DNA of 64,000 nt from Histomonas meleagridis 2922-C6/04-290x (lineage: Eukaryota; Protista; Parabasalia). Every line of letters starts with the position of its first letter. Positions within the stretch are counted from its first letter, which is position 1. The position numbers were made by a program, and so were the translations under genes. The stretch spans positions 1 to 64,000 of the forward strand of contig JAANOX010000128.1 of NCBI GenBank assembly GCA_020184695.1, written 5' to 3'. The notes under the pieces are model-generated. The model was not told the origin of the DNA, searched no databases, and was given only the letters and a program-made list of their open reading frames with translations. Of this stretch, positions 11,392 to 22,184 are shown one piece after another.

Positions 11392-12009
11392 ATGTCCGAA
11401 GGAAACTCTCCTCCATATACTTTTAAATTCCTTATTGTTGGCGATGGTGGTGTCGGGAAAACGTCAATAGCCAATAGGTTATGTCATCATGAATTTATTG
11501 ATACAACTGAATCAACTGTTGGTGTCGAATATTTATCTTACACCCTTAATGTAGAAGATCAACAAATAAAACTTCAAATCTGGGACACGGCTGGACAAGA
11601 AGAATATAAAGCACTAGGAAAGGCTTATTACAGAAATGCAGTGGGCGTTTTATTGGTTTTTGCTTTTAACGATGAAAAGTCATTCGAAAACATCTCAGCA
11701 TGGTTAGAGGACATCAGAAGCCTTTGTAATCCAAATGCACAGGTTTTACTAATTGGTAATAAATTTGATCTCACAGAAGAGAAAAAAATAGCACAAATCC
11801 AAATAGATCAGGTTAAAGAAGCCAACAAGCTTGACTTTCTTGAGACATCAGCTAAAGATGACTTAAATATTGAAATTGCATTTCGACGCCTTACTGAAGC
11901 AATTTTGCAAAAAGTCAAAAAGAATGAAATTAACTTACAAGCGAATTATCAACAGCTCAAGCCACAGTCAGAAGATGCCAGAAAAAATGGATGTGGTTGT
12001 GGTAAATAG
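11392..12009 (+). CDS. Rab-family small GTPase
   Basis: GDGGVGKT, WDTAGQE, GNKFD, ETSAK; C-terminal GCGCGK prenylation motif. Confidence 0.95.
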   Translation: MSEGNSPPYTFKFLIVGDGGVGKTSIANRLCHHEFIDTTESTVGVEYLSYTLNVEDQQIKLQIWDTAGQEEYKALGKAYYRNAVGVLLVFAFNDEKSFENISAWLEDIRSLCNPNAQVLLIGNKFDLTEEKKIAQIQIDQVKEANKLDFLETSAKDDLNIEIAFRRLTEAILQKVKKNEINLQANYQQLKPQSEDARKNGCGCGK

Positions 12010-12605
12010 TATTATCTTTTTTTTTTTTTTTCTTTTTTTAATAAGTAACACTTCTATGTTTTTTGTGTTGATTGTTGTTTTTGCTATCAATAATTCCGTT
12101 CTTAGCTTGGAAATTGTTGCACCTTATCAAAAAAAAAAGTTGAGTTCGATATCGTAGCAGTTATTAATTGAAAATCACTCGGTTAATATAGCTATCGTTG
12201 CAACGAAGTTCCAGAAACAAAAGCTTTTATTTGACATACTAAGGATAGAGCTAAGACTTAACCTATTCAATGAAAGTCAAATTACATGGCTATGCAACTG
12301 TGAGAAATGAAAAAGAGATATTTATTCAAATTTTATGCGTAATGGAAATGAAAAAAATACAGAAATTAATTATGGCATTTCTATATCTATTTATATAAGT
12401 ACAATAATTTCTTCTAATTAAAAAATTAATTTTTTTTATAATTTCATATTTCAAAAACGGTACTTATAAATGAATCATCAAAAGATCACATAAAAATTGT
12501 TAAGTTTCTTGTGAAAAAATTAAGGATTAAAATAGATAAATATTTATTTTTTACTCTTTTAAAAGTGCATAGAATAGTTATAGATAAACAAATATATGAA
12601 CAATT

Positions 12606-14093
12606 TTATTTATTAAAAAATGGCACAAAAGTTTTGAGCAGATAGCATATAAGAAGAAAAGCGCCGCACAAACGCAAGAAGTGGTTCATATTTCTTTCGA
12701 ATGTAATCGATTTTGCACTTACATCGAATTTTCTAATTATCTCAGAATGTGATTGCATGATCTCATCTAATGCATGTGATGACTCTTCAAGCAATTTATC
12801 ACATCTGGAGTTCACGATGTTTGCGGTTTTTATGATTTGCTTTGCACTTTCAGTTTTGATTCGAATACATTTAACTCTATCTTTTAATAACATGCATTTT
12901 TCTTGCAATCGCCCTGAATCCTTTTCAACCGCATTTTGTAACCACACTTCAGCAACTTTGAGATCAGGCATTTCTTGAAGCATTTCATTCAATTTTTGCC
13001 TTAAACGTTCTCTTCCTGGATCTTCATCAACTTTTTCAATTAAACCGTAATCGTTGTTTTGATGCGGAATTTCGAATCCTGCTTCTTTAAGTAAGCCTTC
13101 ACTGTCACATGAACTTAATAATGACTCGATCCAAAGGAATTTTAATGTTTGAGAATCACAGATTCCTGTTTTAGGGATATTATGTTGCTTCTGAAATTTT
13201 TTGATTGGAATGTTAATAGAGGAAAAATCATTTGGTTTAATATGAAACCCATTTATTGTAAGAAGCTTCTCGAGTAGTTTATAAGATCTCATTAAAAGTT
13301 GGTAATTTCGACCAATTAAATTTGTATGTTTGGTATCTGATTTGTTAAGTGTTGTTATTAGGTTGCATTTTACGTTGTAATTCTTTATGGCATAACTAAG
13401 TTCTCCAAATGAGTAAAACATCTTATCTTTTTTTGAGAGTTCTTTGATTTCATCAAAATTTTCTTTTTCTGTAATGTTGTCTGTTTCAGCAAACCCGAAG
13501 ATTTCTAGTATAAACAAACTATTTTGGAAGATTTCAGCAAGGCATTCTTGCAAATTTCCATTGGTTTTATATTGTAATTTTAGATCGGCCTCATATTCAC
13601 TTAAATCAAAGTTAATTTTAAACATGTCCTTTGAAAAAGCTGTAATAATACCCAAGTGATATAAAGCCCCTAATGTTTTGAAACGTATAATATCATTTTT
13701 CCATATTGTTGATTGTATAGGAATGCATTTATTTCCCATTTCTGCCTTTGAAAATTCATCTTGTGTCATATATATTATGTTTCCATGGGGAGTTTGTTCA
13801 GTTCTCAGTCCAAAAGATTGAAAATCAGGAATTGTTTTGGAAAAAACAATTGGATACAAAATTGTATTTTTGTCAGGAGCTGGGACAGCAACTACGTTAA
13901 AAGGTGCTGTATATGAATCCAACATATTTACCAATAAGTATAGTTGAAATCCATTTACTTCAATTGGATGTAAAGTTGGTGGTTCAATATCTTTGAAAAG
14001 AGAATGCTTATTTCTTGTGGTATGTAATTGTATTTCGGGTATTAAAAATATCTCTGAGGTGGCCTTTGTCTGAATAATTTTAAAAGATTCCAT
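12606..14093 (-). CDS. Hypothetical protein with a PGBD-like motif, C-terminal coiled coil and TM helix (possibly STB6-like)
   Basis: 495-aa open frame; IKKFQKQHNIPKTGICDSQTLKFL motif; coiled-coil region; terminal hydrophobic helix FLRLCGAFLLICYLL. Confidence 0.7.
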   Translation of the reverse strand: MESFKIIQTKATSEIFLIPEIQLHTTRNKHSLFKDIEPPTLHPIEVNGFQLYLLVNMLDSYTAPFNVVAVPAPDKNTILYPIVFSKTIPDFQSFGLRTEQTPHGNIIYMTQDEFSKAEMGNKCIPIQSTIWKNDIIRFKTLGALYHLGIITAFSKDMFKINFDLSEYEADLKLQYKTNGNLQECLAEIFQNSLFILEIFGFAETDNITEKENFDEIKELSKKDKMFYSFGELSYAIKNYNVKCNLITTLNKSDTKHTNLIGRNYQLLMRSYKLLEKLLTINGFHIKPNDFSSINIPIKKFQKQHNIPKTGICDSQTLKFLWIESLLSSCDSEGLLKEAGFEIPHQNNDYGLIEKVDEDPGRERLRQKLNEMLQEMPDLKVAEVWLQNAVEKDSGRLQEKCMLLKDRVKCIRIKTESAKQIIKTANIVNSRCDKLLEESSHALDEIMQSHSEIIRKFDVSAKSITFERNMNHFLRLCGAFLLICYLLKTFVPFFNK

Positions 14094-14170
14094 ACAAAGT
14101 TAGTCAATTTTTATTTTTTTCTTCTCAAAATGTCAAATCTATAAAGGGATAAATTTACCCATTTAAAACA

Positions 14171-14770
14171 ATGAACTCCTACAAAGCTGTTTTCCTTGGT
14201 GAAGGTCGTGTTGGTAAAACTTCGATAGGGTTAAAGTGGAGCCGAGGTGAATTCGACCCACAACGAAAATCTACAGTTCAAGCAGGATTATATTCAAAGA
14301 AAGTTGAAACATCAAAAGGAATGATCGAACTTCATCTTTGGGATACAGCCGGACAAGAAGAATTTCATGCAATCGCACCAATTTACTATAAAGAAGCTCA
14401 AGCTGCACTTTTGGTATATTCTGTAGTTGACCAAAGGTCATTCGAAAGAATGGTTCAATGGCATAAAGAACTCAGACAAATTCGAGGTGATGAAGTTAAA
14501 ATTGTTGTTGTTGCTAATAAAATTGATATGGTAAATGATCGAGTTATTCCATCCCAAAAAGGCATTGAATATGCACGGTCAATAGGATGTAATCACTTCG
14601 AAGTTTCAGCCAAAACTGGTGAAGGTATTGATATGCTTTTCAGATATTTGACTGAAACATTGGTTAGCACAACAAAGGCTAATACAAACAGGCCTACCAA
14701 AGGAAGAAAGGGTCTTATGGTACTTGAGGCCGAAGAAACTCAAGAAGATAATGGAAAATGTAGCTGCTAA
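14171..14770 (+). CDS. RAB21: Rab21-like small GTPase
   Basis: KAVFLGEGRVGKTS, STVQA effector loop, WDTAGQEEFHAIAPIYY, ANKID, EVSAKTG; CSC C-terminus. Confidence 0.85.
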   Translation: MNSYKAVFLGEGRVGKTSIGLKWSRGEFDPQRKSTVQAGLYSKKVETSKGMIELHLWDTAGQEEFHAIAPIYYKEAQAALLVYSVVDQRSFERMVQWHKELRQIRGDEVKIVVVANKIDMVNDRVIPSQKGIEYARSIGCNHFEVSAKTGEGIDMLFRYLTETLVSTTKANTNRPTKGRKGLMVLEAEETQEDNGKCSC

Positions 14771-15214
14771 ATTTATTCTCCAAAATGATAAAACTATTCT
14801 TTTTCGATAAACAGCCAAAAAAATCTCAATAAAAGTTTCGAAGCATTAACAATTTTTTGGTAACACAAAAAGAACTTCCAATAAAACATTTCAAATAAAA
14901 ATTATCATTTTAATGATTTGCGTAATCTCAATTAAAATTCTTTTACGACCTCTTAAGTAAATAACTCGTCAAACTTATAACAATATTATTGAATCAAATA
15001 ACTTGGGATCTGTCAATTAAAAATTAATATAAATTCGTTAAAGTTTTATAAAGAAATAAGAATGAAAGAAGCTTACGACTTTTGTTTATTGATGAAACAG
15101 ATTATAATATGATGCAACATATTATTTGACAATCATCATGTGGGATTTCATGGTGTATACACGGGGCGCCTTAATGATGACCGTTAGATTTGTGGTCAAG
15201 TAAATTCTCCGGGA

Positions 15215-16405
15215 ATGAGCTTAAAAAGAATCAAGAAAGTTAATGCACCTGCACACGAACAATCACTTGCTGATGAAGAAATGGAGTCAAGGTCAAATTT
15301 AGCTGTTCAAAAGACAGTTCGTCAAAAAAAGAAGGTAATCGAAGATCCACGTTTAGGTGCCGATATGACCAAAAAAATATTAAATGCAGCTGTTGAACAG
15401 CTTGAAGAAGAAAAGGAAGTTGGAGATACAACAATTACTTTACCATTAGCAGAAGATGATATTGATGAAGGCGAAGAAATTGTTCTTAATTTCGAAACCA
15501 ATGATAAGGAAAGTGCTGATATGTTTAATTTATTCAAAGCACAAAGTGAAGATGCTTCCAAATTAATGGATGAAAGGCTAGTTAAAACGGCTCAACAAAC
15601 CAACAAAAAAGTTCGCCAATTATATGTTCAGCTCGGCTCATTACTTAGGATCTATAAAAGTGGTAAATTACCGAAAGCTGTCAATACTCTTGCATCACAA
15701 AATATCCCAGATTGGTTAGATCTTCTCTATTTATCACAACCCATGCGTTGGTCCATCAATGCCATCAATGCAGTCACTGTTTTATTTGCCCAATCTGCAT
15801 CTGATCGCCGGTGTGAAATTTTTTATCATGAAATTCTTCTAGAATACATAGAGGATGTATTAGAAAAATCCAAAAAATTACCACAACAATTATGGAAAGC
15901 ACTTTTAGGTGCAGCACGTCGACCCAAATGTTTCATTCGTGGAATTCTTCTTCCATTATCTGAGTCTAATTGTCCCCAAAAAGAAGCACGCGTTGTTTCG
16001 TTAATTGTTCAGCGTGTTAAATTACCTCGAGATCATGCTAATGCATTTATCATTAAGATCTGTGAAGGTGATATAACACCTGTTCGCACAATATTTTTGG
16101 CTAACATGATTGCTAAAGGACAAGCGTTAGCTATCCAAGCAATTGATGCTATTTTAAATTATTTCTTAAGATTCGAGGCGTTGCCTAAAGAGCCAAAGTT
16201 ACCAGTGTCGTGGCATCAGGCTTTACTCGATTTCGTGAACAAATATGGAACAGAATTACTATTCGAACAAAGAGATCATTTGGAAATATTGTTAAGAAAA
16301 CATAACCACGAAAAAATTACGCCATTGATATTCGAGTACTTGAATAATAACCCGCCAAGAGAAGAGTTCGTACATGCTAATGTTCAAGATATACCGACTT
16401 ACTAA
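15215..16405 (+). CDS. BYSL: Bystin/Enp1, 40S ribosome biogenesis factor
   Basis: LLRIYKSGKLPKA and LPVSWHQALLDFVNKY match bystin conserved blocks. Confidence 0.92.
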   Translation: MSLKRIKKVNAPAHEQSLADEEMESRSNLAVQKTVRQKKKVIEDPRLGADMTKKILNAAVEQLEEEKEVGDTTITLPLAEDDIDEGEEIVLNFETNDKESADMFNLFKAQSEDASKLMDERLVKTAQQTNKKVRQLYVQLGSLLRIYKSGKLPKAVNTLASQNIPDWLDLLYLSQPMRWSINAINAVTVLFAQSASDRRCEIFYHEILLEYIEDVLEKSKKLPQQLWKALLGAARRPKCFIRGILLPLSESNCPQKEARVVSLIVQRVKLPRDHANAFIIKICEGDITPVRTIFLANMIAKGQALAIQAIDAILNYFLRFEALPKEPKLPVSWHQALLDFVNKYGTELLFEQRDHLEILLRKHNHEKITPLIFEYLNNNPPREEFVHANVQDIPTY

Positions 16406-17113
16406 ATAATATTTGATATATTTTTGTTTTAATATAAATAAATTATATCCTTTCGATAATGAAATCGTTTATAATGGAAATAATGCGTTGGGTGAAATTG
16501 GTTCTTCTTTATGTTAATTATTTGTTCATTTATAAATGTACAAAAGATTTCATTTATTGAAAATTATATTGTTTATTTTATCTATCTATAAAATAAAGTT
16601 GAAGTAGATTGGCTTTGTTATGATGCTATTAATGACATTTATGAGAATTAGAATTAAGGAAACATAATAAAATATTTTCTATAACGAAGAGATTTTCTTA
16701 AATACGATTTTATGCATTTTTGCATATATATGTATGATAATATTTTTTATAAATATAAATTTTATGAATTTTTGAGTAAAATTTAAGCTAAAAGCAAAAT
16801 AACAATCAATTGTAAAATAAATATATATGCCTAGGAATATATTTTTATTAAAAAAAGCTTAATTTAATGCGTGAAACATATTCCCTCATTTTAATTCATA
16901 TACAAATTATATACAATAAAATACGATTCCATATTATTTATCTATATTAAAGAAATCAATAAACAAATGAATATTTGTATATATAAATACAATTCTGAAC
17001 TTGAAGATGATTTCATATTTTCTTATCTAAAATGTGCGACACTTCTCATGATATTGAAAAGTTTACAAAAAGTATTAGTTCAGATTTAACAAAGTTTGCT
17101 CGATTCACATTAT

Positions 17114-17461
17114 ATGAGTGGTTCTTTCATAAATGAAAGTAACTTAAGAAAAATATTTGATGCAATGTGCGCAAGCATACGAAATAGGACAGAGTTAGAA
17201 AGCATGTTTGACAAAGATTCCAAATTAACTTTAGATACGAGAAAACAAGGAGCTGATGAAATTGCAAAATGCATAAATCAAAAGGAAAGGGAGCTACAGA
17301 TTACAACTTTTTCATACTTACAAATTGGTCCTACAACTACATTAGTTAATGGTGATTGCATATGGGGAAATCGGCAATCATATTTTACGACCGTTTTACA
17401 GCACCCAGTTTCTAGTGAAAACGTACCTCAGGTGAGTATTAGTAATTTTATGATATTCTAA
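17114..17461 (+). CDS. Small hypothetical protein or gene fragment
   Basis: Open frame from ATG 17114 with no recognisable motif; upstream sequence shows short coding-like fragments in other frames. Confidence 0.3.
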   Translation: MSGSFINESNLRKIFDAMCASIRNRTELESMFDKDSKLTLDTRKQGADEIAKCINQKERELQITTFSYLQIGPTTTLVNGDCIWGNRQSYFTTVLQHPVSSENVPQVSISNFMIF

Positions 17462-17511
17462 ACTTCTCATATTTTTTCTTTTTGATTATTTGTACGTTTA
17501 CTAATTTTTTT

Positions 17512-18453
17512 ATGATGGAACAAATCGGAATTCGTCTGCAAAATCTCCAAGAAAAAATTAAATCTCTTAGTTGTGGAAAAGACGATTTCGTTCCTAAGCA
17601 GATTGAGATTATATATAGAAAAGAAGAAAATCAAAATTTTTCAAATCTTAATAATCAAATTGAAAATTTTGAAGATGTTATAAAAAACAAAACGGAATAT
17701 AACAATGAATTTAGAAAATTTCAAATTGCTCAAATACGTATCCAAGAAAAACTCAGATTTCAAATATCAATTCTCGAAAAAATGCAAAAGCGAACAGAAC
17801 ATGAAAATAAAAAATTAGCACTTCAAACTAAAAATGACAACGATAATAAAAATAGCAAAGAAGAAACTTTAAATGTTAAAAACAATGATTTAGAAAATAA
17901 TCAGGAAAAAAGCAATGATCAAAATGAAAAAGAATTTCTTCCTTATATGACAATATTCAAATCTAAGCCACTTTTCCCAAATGCCAAAAATATATCACTT
18001 TTGAAAAGCATTGAAAATAATTTACAATCCAAAAAGGTTCAATTTATTCCATATTTTACCGAAATAACAAGTAGCAACAAAACAATTAACAACATTGAAA
18101 TAAAGTTTTTATATGAAAGTCAAATCAATAATAAAAATCAAGAAGAGCAAACAAATGAAAATCCATCATTTCCGCTTCCAGACATAAATGAAGAAGAAGA
18201 GTTTGTTTTTAACAACGATAGTAGTCTTCTCGACATTGAATTACTTGATATATCAGAAAACGAATTATCGCCAATAAAGCACAAAACGCAGCATACCAAC
18301 AACTCAGAACCTTCTGGTAAGAAATCTCCTTCTAAATCAGATGATGTTTTTTCAAATTTCACATACAGTTCAACATTTGATGATACCCAAGACATAGAAG
18401 GATTTAACTCGCGTGACATTAGTGATATTTTAAAAGATATTGTGTATGATTAA
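17512..18453 (+). CDS. Hypothetical coiled-coil, low-complexity protein
   Basis: Long ORF rich in E/K/N/Q with a heptad-like N-terminal half; first ATG at 17512. Confidence 0.7.
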   Translation: MMEQIGIRLQNLQEKIKSLSCGKDDFVPKQIEIIYRKEENQNFSNLNNQIENFEDVIKNKTEYNNEFRKFQIAQIRIQEKLRFQISILEKMQKRTEHENKKLALQTKNDNDNKNSKEETLNVKNNDLENNQEKSNDQNEKEFLPYMTIFKSKPLFPNAKNISLLKSIENNLQSKKVQFIPYFTEITSSNKTINNIEIKFLYESQINNKNQEEQTNENPSFPLPDINEEEEFVFNNDSSLLDIELLDISENELSPIKHKTQHTNNSEPSGKKSPSKSDDVFSNFTYSSTFDDTQDIEGFNSRDISDILKDIVYD

Positions 18454-18557
18454 ATAAATGTTATTTTATAATTATTTACACAAATTTAACAATTTCGCTG
18501 AGTGATCAAAATGAATTCAATTTAAACATATTTGAATCCATTATGATCGTGCCTAAA

Positions 18558-19184
18558 TTAACGATGAGATAACATCGAATATGATTCAATAGCACCATCA
18601 ATAATCTGTTCAACAAAGCAAAGGATTGTGTCAACAGGTACAAAATCATCAAGTTCTGGATTGTTAAGATTCATTTGAAAATTTGCTTCTGCATGGCGTT
18701 GAAACATGTCTAAAATCCATTGGAAGTTACAACCAAGAAGCTGATGTATCTCGAGGATATCATAGATTCTCTTAACTGCATCACCATCAATGTAAATAAT
18801 CTCTTCCTCTTTAACAATTTGAAAAGATGTTTCAATACACTTGCGAAACCACTCTTTAAATTTTTCTTTCCCATTTGTTATAAGGTATGCGCAAATTTGC
18901 TCTGAAAAGTATGAGCCACATTTGTATCGAAAATCACAATCATTAGGATCAAGCCCTGCCTTATGAACGCTCTGAATAAAAGTTTCAATGTCGCTATTTG
19001 ATATAAAACCATCATGATCTGTGTCTAATGAAAAAATAAAAAATAAAGAACAATCTTCAATATCATGATTTTCCAGAAAATTAATTTTATCAAGTTTAAA
19101 CGACGGAATTTTTTCAGTGTTTTTTTCTTCCAATATTTTTTTATAATAAGAAATCGAATTTACGACTGATATGTCGTTTCCCAT
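18558..19184 (-). CDS. N-myristoylated EF-hand protein
   Basis: Starts MGNDIS (MGxxxS). Canonical EF loop DTDHDGFISNSD. Inr-like TCACT about 20 nt upstream on the minus strand. Confidence 0.8.
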   Translation of the reverse strand: MGNDISVVNSISYYKKILEEKNTEKIPSFKLDKINFLENHDIEDCSLFFIFSLDTDHDGFISNSDIETFIQSVHKAGLDPNDCDFRYKCGSYFSEQICAYLITNGKEKFKEWFRKCIETSFQIVKEEEIIYIDGDAVKRIYDILEIHQLLGCNFQWILDMFQRHAEANFQMNLNNPELDDFVPVDTILCFVEQIIDGAIESYSMLSHR

Positions 19185-20057
19185 TCAGATGCTTTAAAAC
19201 AAAAGTGACGAATTTCAAAGATAAACCACTTTTTGCAAGGAAAACGATCATGACACTTTTATTAGTTGTGAATCATATGATTCGCACTGAAATCATCAAG
19301 AAACTATTTTAAAATGCCTCCCTTTTGAGGAGATAATAAAAGATTTTCTTTTTCTCTGGCTTGGTGAAGGTAATCCAGTCTTAAACTTTTGTAGGCAATG
19401 ATTTAATTTCTTCTTTTGCATCAAGGACAAAGGAACTTTTTATGTGGTTTACGCATATAAACATTTCAATTTATATTGTGACATACGTCACTTTTCCCAA
19501 ATACTACTAGAAATTTCTAAGAAAACTAACCGATAATTCAATTAGAAACGATTATTTATGGTATGAACAGTTGGTTTTGCTTGACCTCTGCATGACGAAG
19601 ATAATAACACATGGTTTGCATCATGTTTTTTTTTTTGTTTTGTTTTATTTCCTTGTCCTTTCAGTTGCTCTATAAGAACATCTTTTTAAACAAATGAGAC
19701 TTTAATTACTTAAATTATTTTATAAAATTATTAATTATCTAACGAATCAATAAAAAACATTAGAATTAACTTCAGTAATTGATAATAAAACAAACTTTAT
19801 TTTGTTACTCTATTTCAATAATATTCTGTTTATTTAACATAATATAATTATATTTGAAAGGTTCCCAACAAAAAACACGTGTATGTTTATTTTTAATAAT
19901 TATAATAAATAGTATATTCTTTGACAAAGAGGTTCCATGACTCATGAAGAAGAATTTTCAGAATTTAACCTTATTTTGGCGATTCAAATTTCAGATACTT
20001 ACTTTCCAATGAATTATTGAAAAAGTTGTTTTAGAAAATTTCCACTTCATTTTTAAA

Positions 20058-20393
20058 ATGGAACTAGTAAAAACATATGGTCCATGTGCAATTTGCGCAA
20101 CAACAAGTCTACTTTTATACTTGAAGGTTCAATCAGTCGAAAACAAGCAGGATAAGATTCTTGAAGAAGTCGCTGAAATCAAAGGAAGCTTATCACAATC
20201 ATCTCTTGCTGAAGCTATCCTCCAAGCCACAAACGCTACAAAGGATAAGAAAGACAAGAAGAAAGATAAGAAGAAGAAGGACAAGAAAGACAAAAAAGAC
20301 AAGAAGAAAGATAAGAAGAAGAAGGACAAGAAAGATAAGAAAGGAAAAAAGGATAAGAAAGATAAGAAGAAGAAGGACAAGAAGAAGAAGTAA
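20058..20393 (+). CDS. Small protein with hydrophobic N-terminal segment and 50-aa Lys/Asp tail
   Basis: 111 aa. The last 50 residues are 37 K, 12 D and 1 G. TCATT Inr-like motif just upstream of the ATG. Confidence 0.7.
   Translation: MELVKTYGPCAICATTSLLLYLKVQSVENKQDKILEEVAEIKGSLSQSSLAEAILQATNATKDKKDKKKDKKKKDKKDKKDKKKDKKKKDKKDKKGKKDKKDKKKKDKKKK
20241..20390 (+). repeat. Coding low-complexity repeat (AAG/AAA-GAT/GAC)n encoding KDKK units
   Basis: Read directly from the sequence. Confidence 0.9.
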
Positions 20394-20818
20394 GTAAACT
20401 TCTTTTATACATTTTGTTTAAAAAATCTCTAATTGCGTACGAGATTGATTTTTACCTTCATCCAATTTTAAAATTCATTTTCAAATTTTCACGTTCATAT
20501 GAGTATTGTATGAATGGAATGCAAAATATTTCAATCTGTTATAAATTTTTAGTTACCGATATGAAGTATTCGTATGTTGACTCACAATTATGTTTTCTGT
20601 TTTAGATTCATAATACTAATGGAATTCACCATAGGATAAGCAAAAAATAGTGAAAGCAAATTTCGAATTAACGTTCATAATATATTTTTAAACGCATGTA
20701 ATTTTGTGTTGTTTACATAAATATTTTTTGGAAGTTAATAATATGAACATAAATGCGATCAATAACAAGCTTTGTGCAAATATTTATGCGTTATATAGAT
20801 GTTTTCATTTTAAAAAGT

Positions 20819-21430
20819 TCAACATTTACTTAATCCTTTCTTCTTTCCTTTCTTTTTAGGTTGGGAAATATCAATTGTGTTAGCTGATGGCTGTTCAGGT
20901 TCACTTTCTTTACGTTTCTTAATGACCTTAGCCATTTCAAGAAAAGTTTCTTGTATATTATTACCTGTACAAGCTGAAGTTTCAAAATATCGAACACCAT
21001 TAGTTTTCTGGAATTCATCTATCTTATCTTGAGAAACAACTCTTGTAAGATCAGATTTATTACCCACAAGGAAAATGTCAACAGTAGAAGATGCATTTTC
21101 CTTGATTGAATTCATCCAGTCATTAACCATATCAAATGAATTTTGATTTGTAAGGTCGAAAACCAAAAGAATTCCGTCTGCACCTCTTAAAAAAGATTTT
21201 GTAATTGTACGATATTGCTCTTGACCAGCAGTATCCCAAACCTGAAGTTTAATAGGCTTTTCGTCAATTACCATACGTTTAACTTTGAAATCAAGTCCAA
21301 TAGTCGATAAAAATTGTTCCTGGAATTTATTTTCAGAGTAACGCAAAAGTATACACGTTTTACCTACTGAAGAATCCCCTACGAGCAAAATTTTTATTGT
21401 CATTTCACCATTCTGTGCTGCGTTTGCCAT
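20819..21430 (-). CDS. Rab8/Rab1/Sec4-like small GTPase
   Basis: GDSSVGKT, STIGLDFKVK, WDTAGQEQYRTIT, GNKSD, ETSAC; ends KKKGKKKGLSKC. Confidence 0.92.
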   Translation of the reverse strand: MANAAQNGEMTIKILLVGDSSVGKTCILLRYSENKFQEQFLSTIGLDFKVKRMVIDEKPIKLQVWDTAGQEQYRTITKSFLRGADGILLVFDLTNQNSFDMVNDWMNSIKENASSTVDIFLVGNKSDLTRVVSQDKIDEFQKTNGVRYFETSACTGNNIQETFLEMAKVIKKRKESEPEQPSANTIDISQPKKKGKKKGLSKC

Positions 21431-22184
21431 GGAGCAAATCTTGGATTTGATTAATAACCGCTTAGATTTCTGTCAAAAACCAAGTGGTTATTTCTTTCAA
21501 TCACAAGAGGGAAAAGTGGCATTTTCTGAGGCTGTTGCAGAACTTAAACCGCTTGTAAATTACTGTTTGGGCAATAATTTCATATTTTTGAATGGAACCA
21601 TGGCTGTTAAAACCGTCGGCAAAAATTTTACAGCCAAACAGTTTTCCTGACATTCAAAATTAGCAGTTAAATGAATATTTTATTCATTTAACAAAAGTGG
21701 CAATTTTTTAACATCAGCAAAAAAATACATTTTTCCGAATGAATGTTCAAAAATGTCATTCAGGACCAAATTAGTTTAGAAGTTTAATAATATTATTGAT
21801 ATAGTTTTTATTTAACATGGTTTTTAGAAGGACTTCTAAATGGTTTCCTTGATATTCGCATTTGTTATATTCAATTAGAGAATTTTATGATAAACTTTTT
21901 CAGAGCAAAGGTTTTTTTAATAGAAATTTAAATAGTTTATTTTCGGTGGTTTTCTTCCATTCATTAAAATAAAATATTGAAATAATTAAGACAAATTGAA
22001 AACAAAAAAATATCATATATTCAAATTCCAACAGCAACGGTTTATCAAATTGTGAGCTAACTGTTGGGTGATAGCTTGATCACAAAATAAACCATACAAT
22101 CAGCTTATTACAACAAAAATTTTCCAACGTTAAAAATCGATTAATTGATTCCAGACAAACAATTTACATAAAAATATAAAAAAA

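Noticed and set aside
12057-12311. Signal-peptide ORF with one internal TAG downstream of the first Rab
   Set aside because: Short, with no homology cues, and indistinguishable from chance in AT-rich DNA.
15133-15180. C/D snoRNA or structured RNA upstream of bystin (TCATCAT...ATGATGA)
   Set aside because: A C-box-like sequence is present, but there is no properly placed D box or terminal stem outside the CDS; the evidence is insufficient.
17432-17551. Spliceosomal intron joining ORFs 17114 and 17512 (CAG|GTGAGT ... TACTAAT)
   Set aside because: The first downstream AG is about 55 nt from the branch-like motif and splicing to it does not join the two frames.
21429-21650. 73-aa ORF overlapping the Rab8-like start head-to-head
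   Set aside because: No motifs, it occupies the Rab promoter region, and it is probably a chance ORF.
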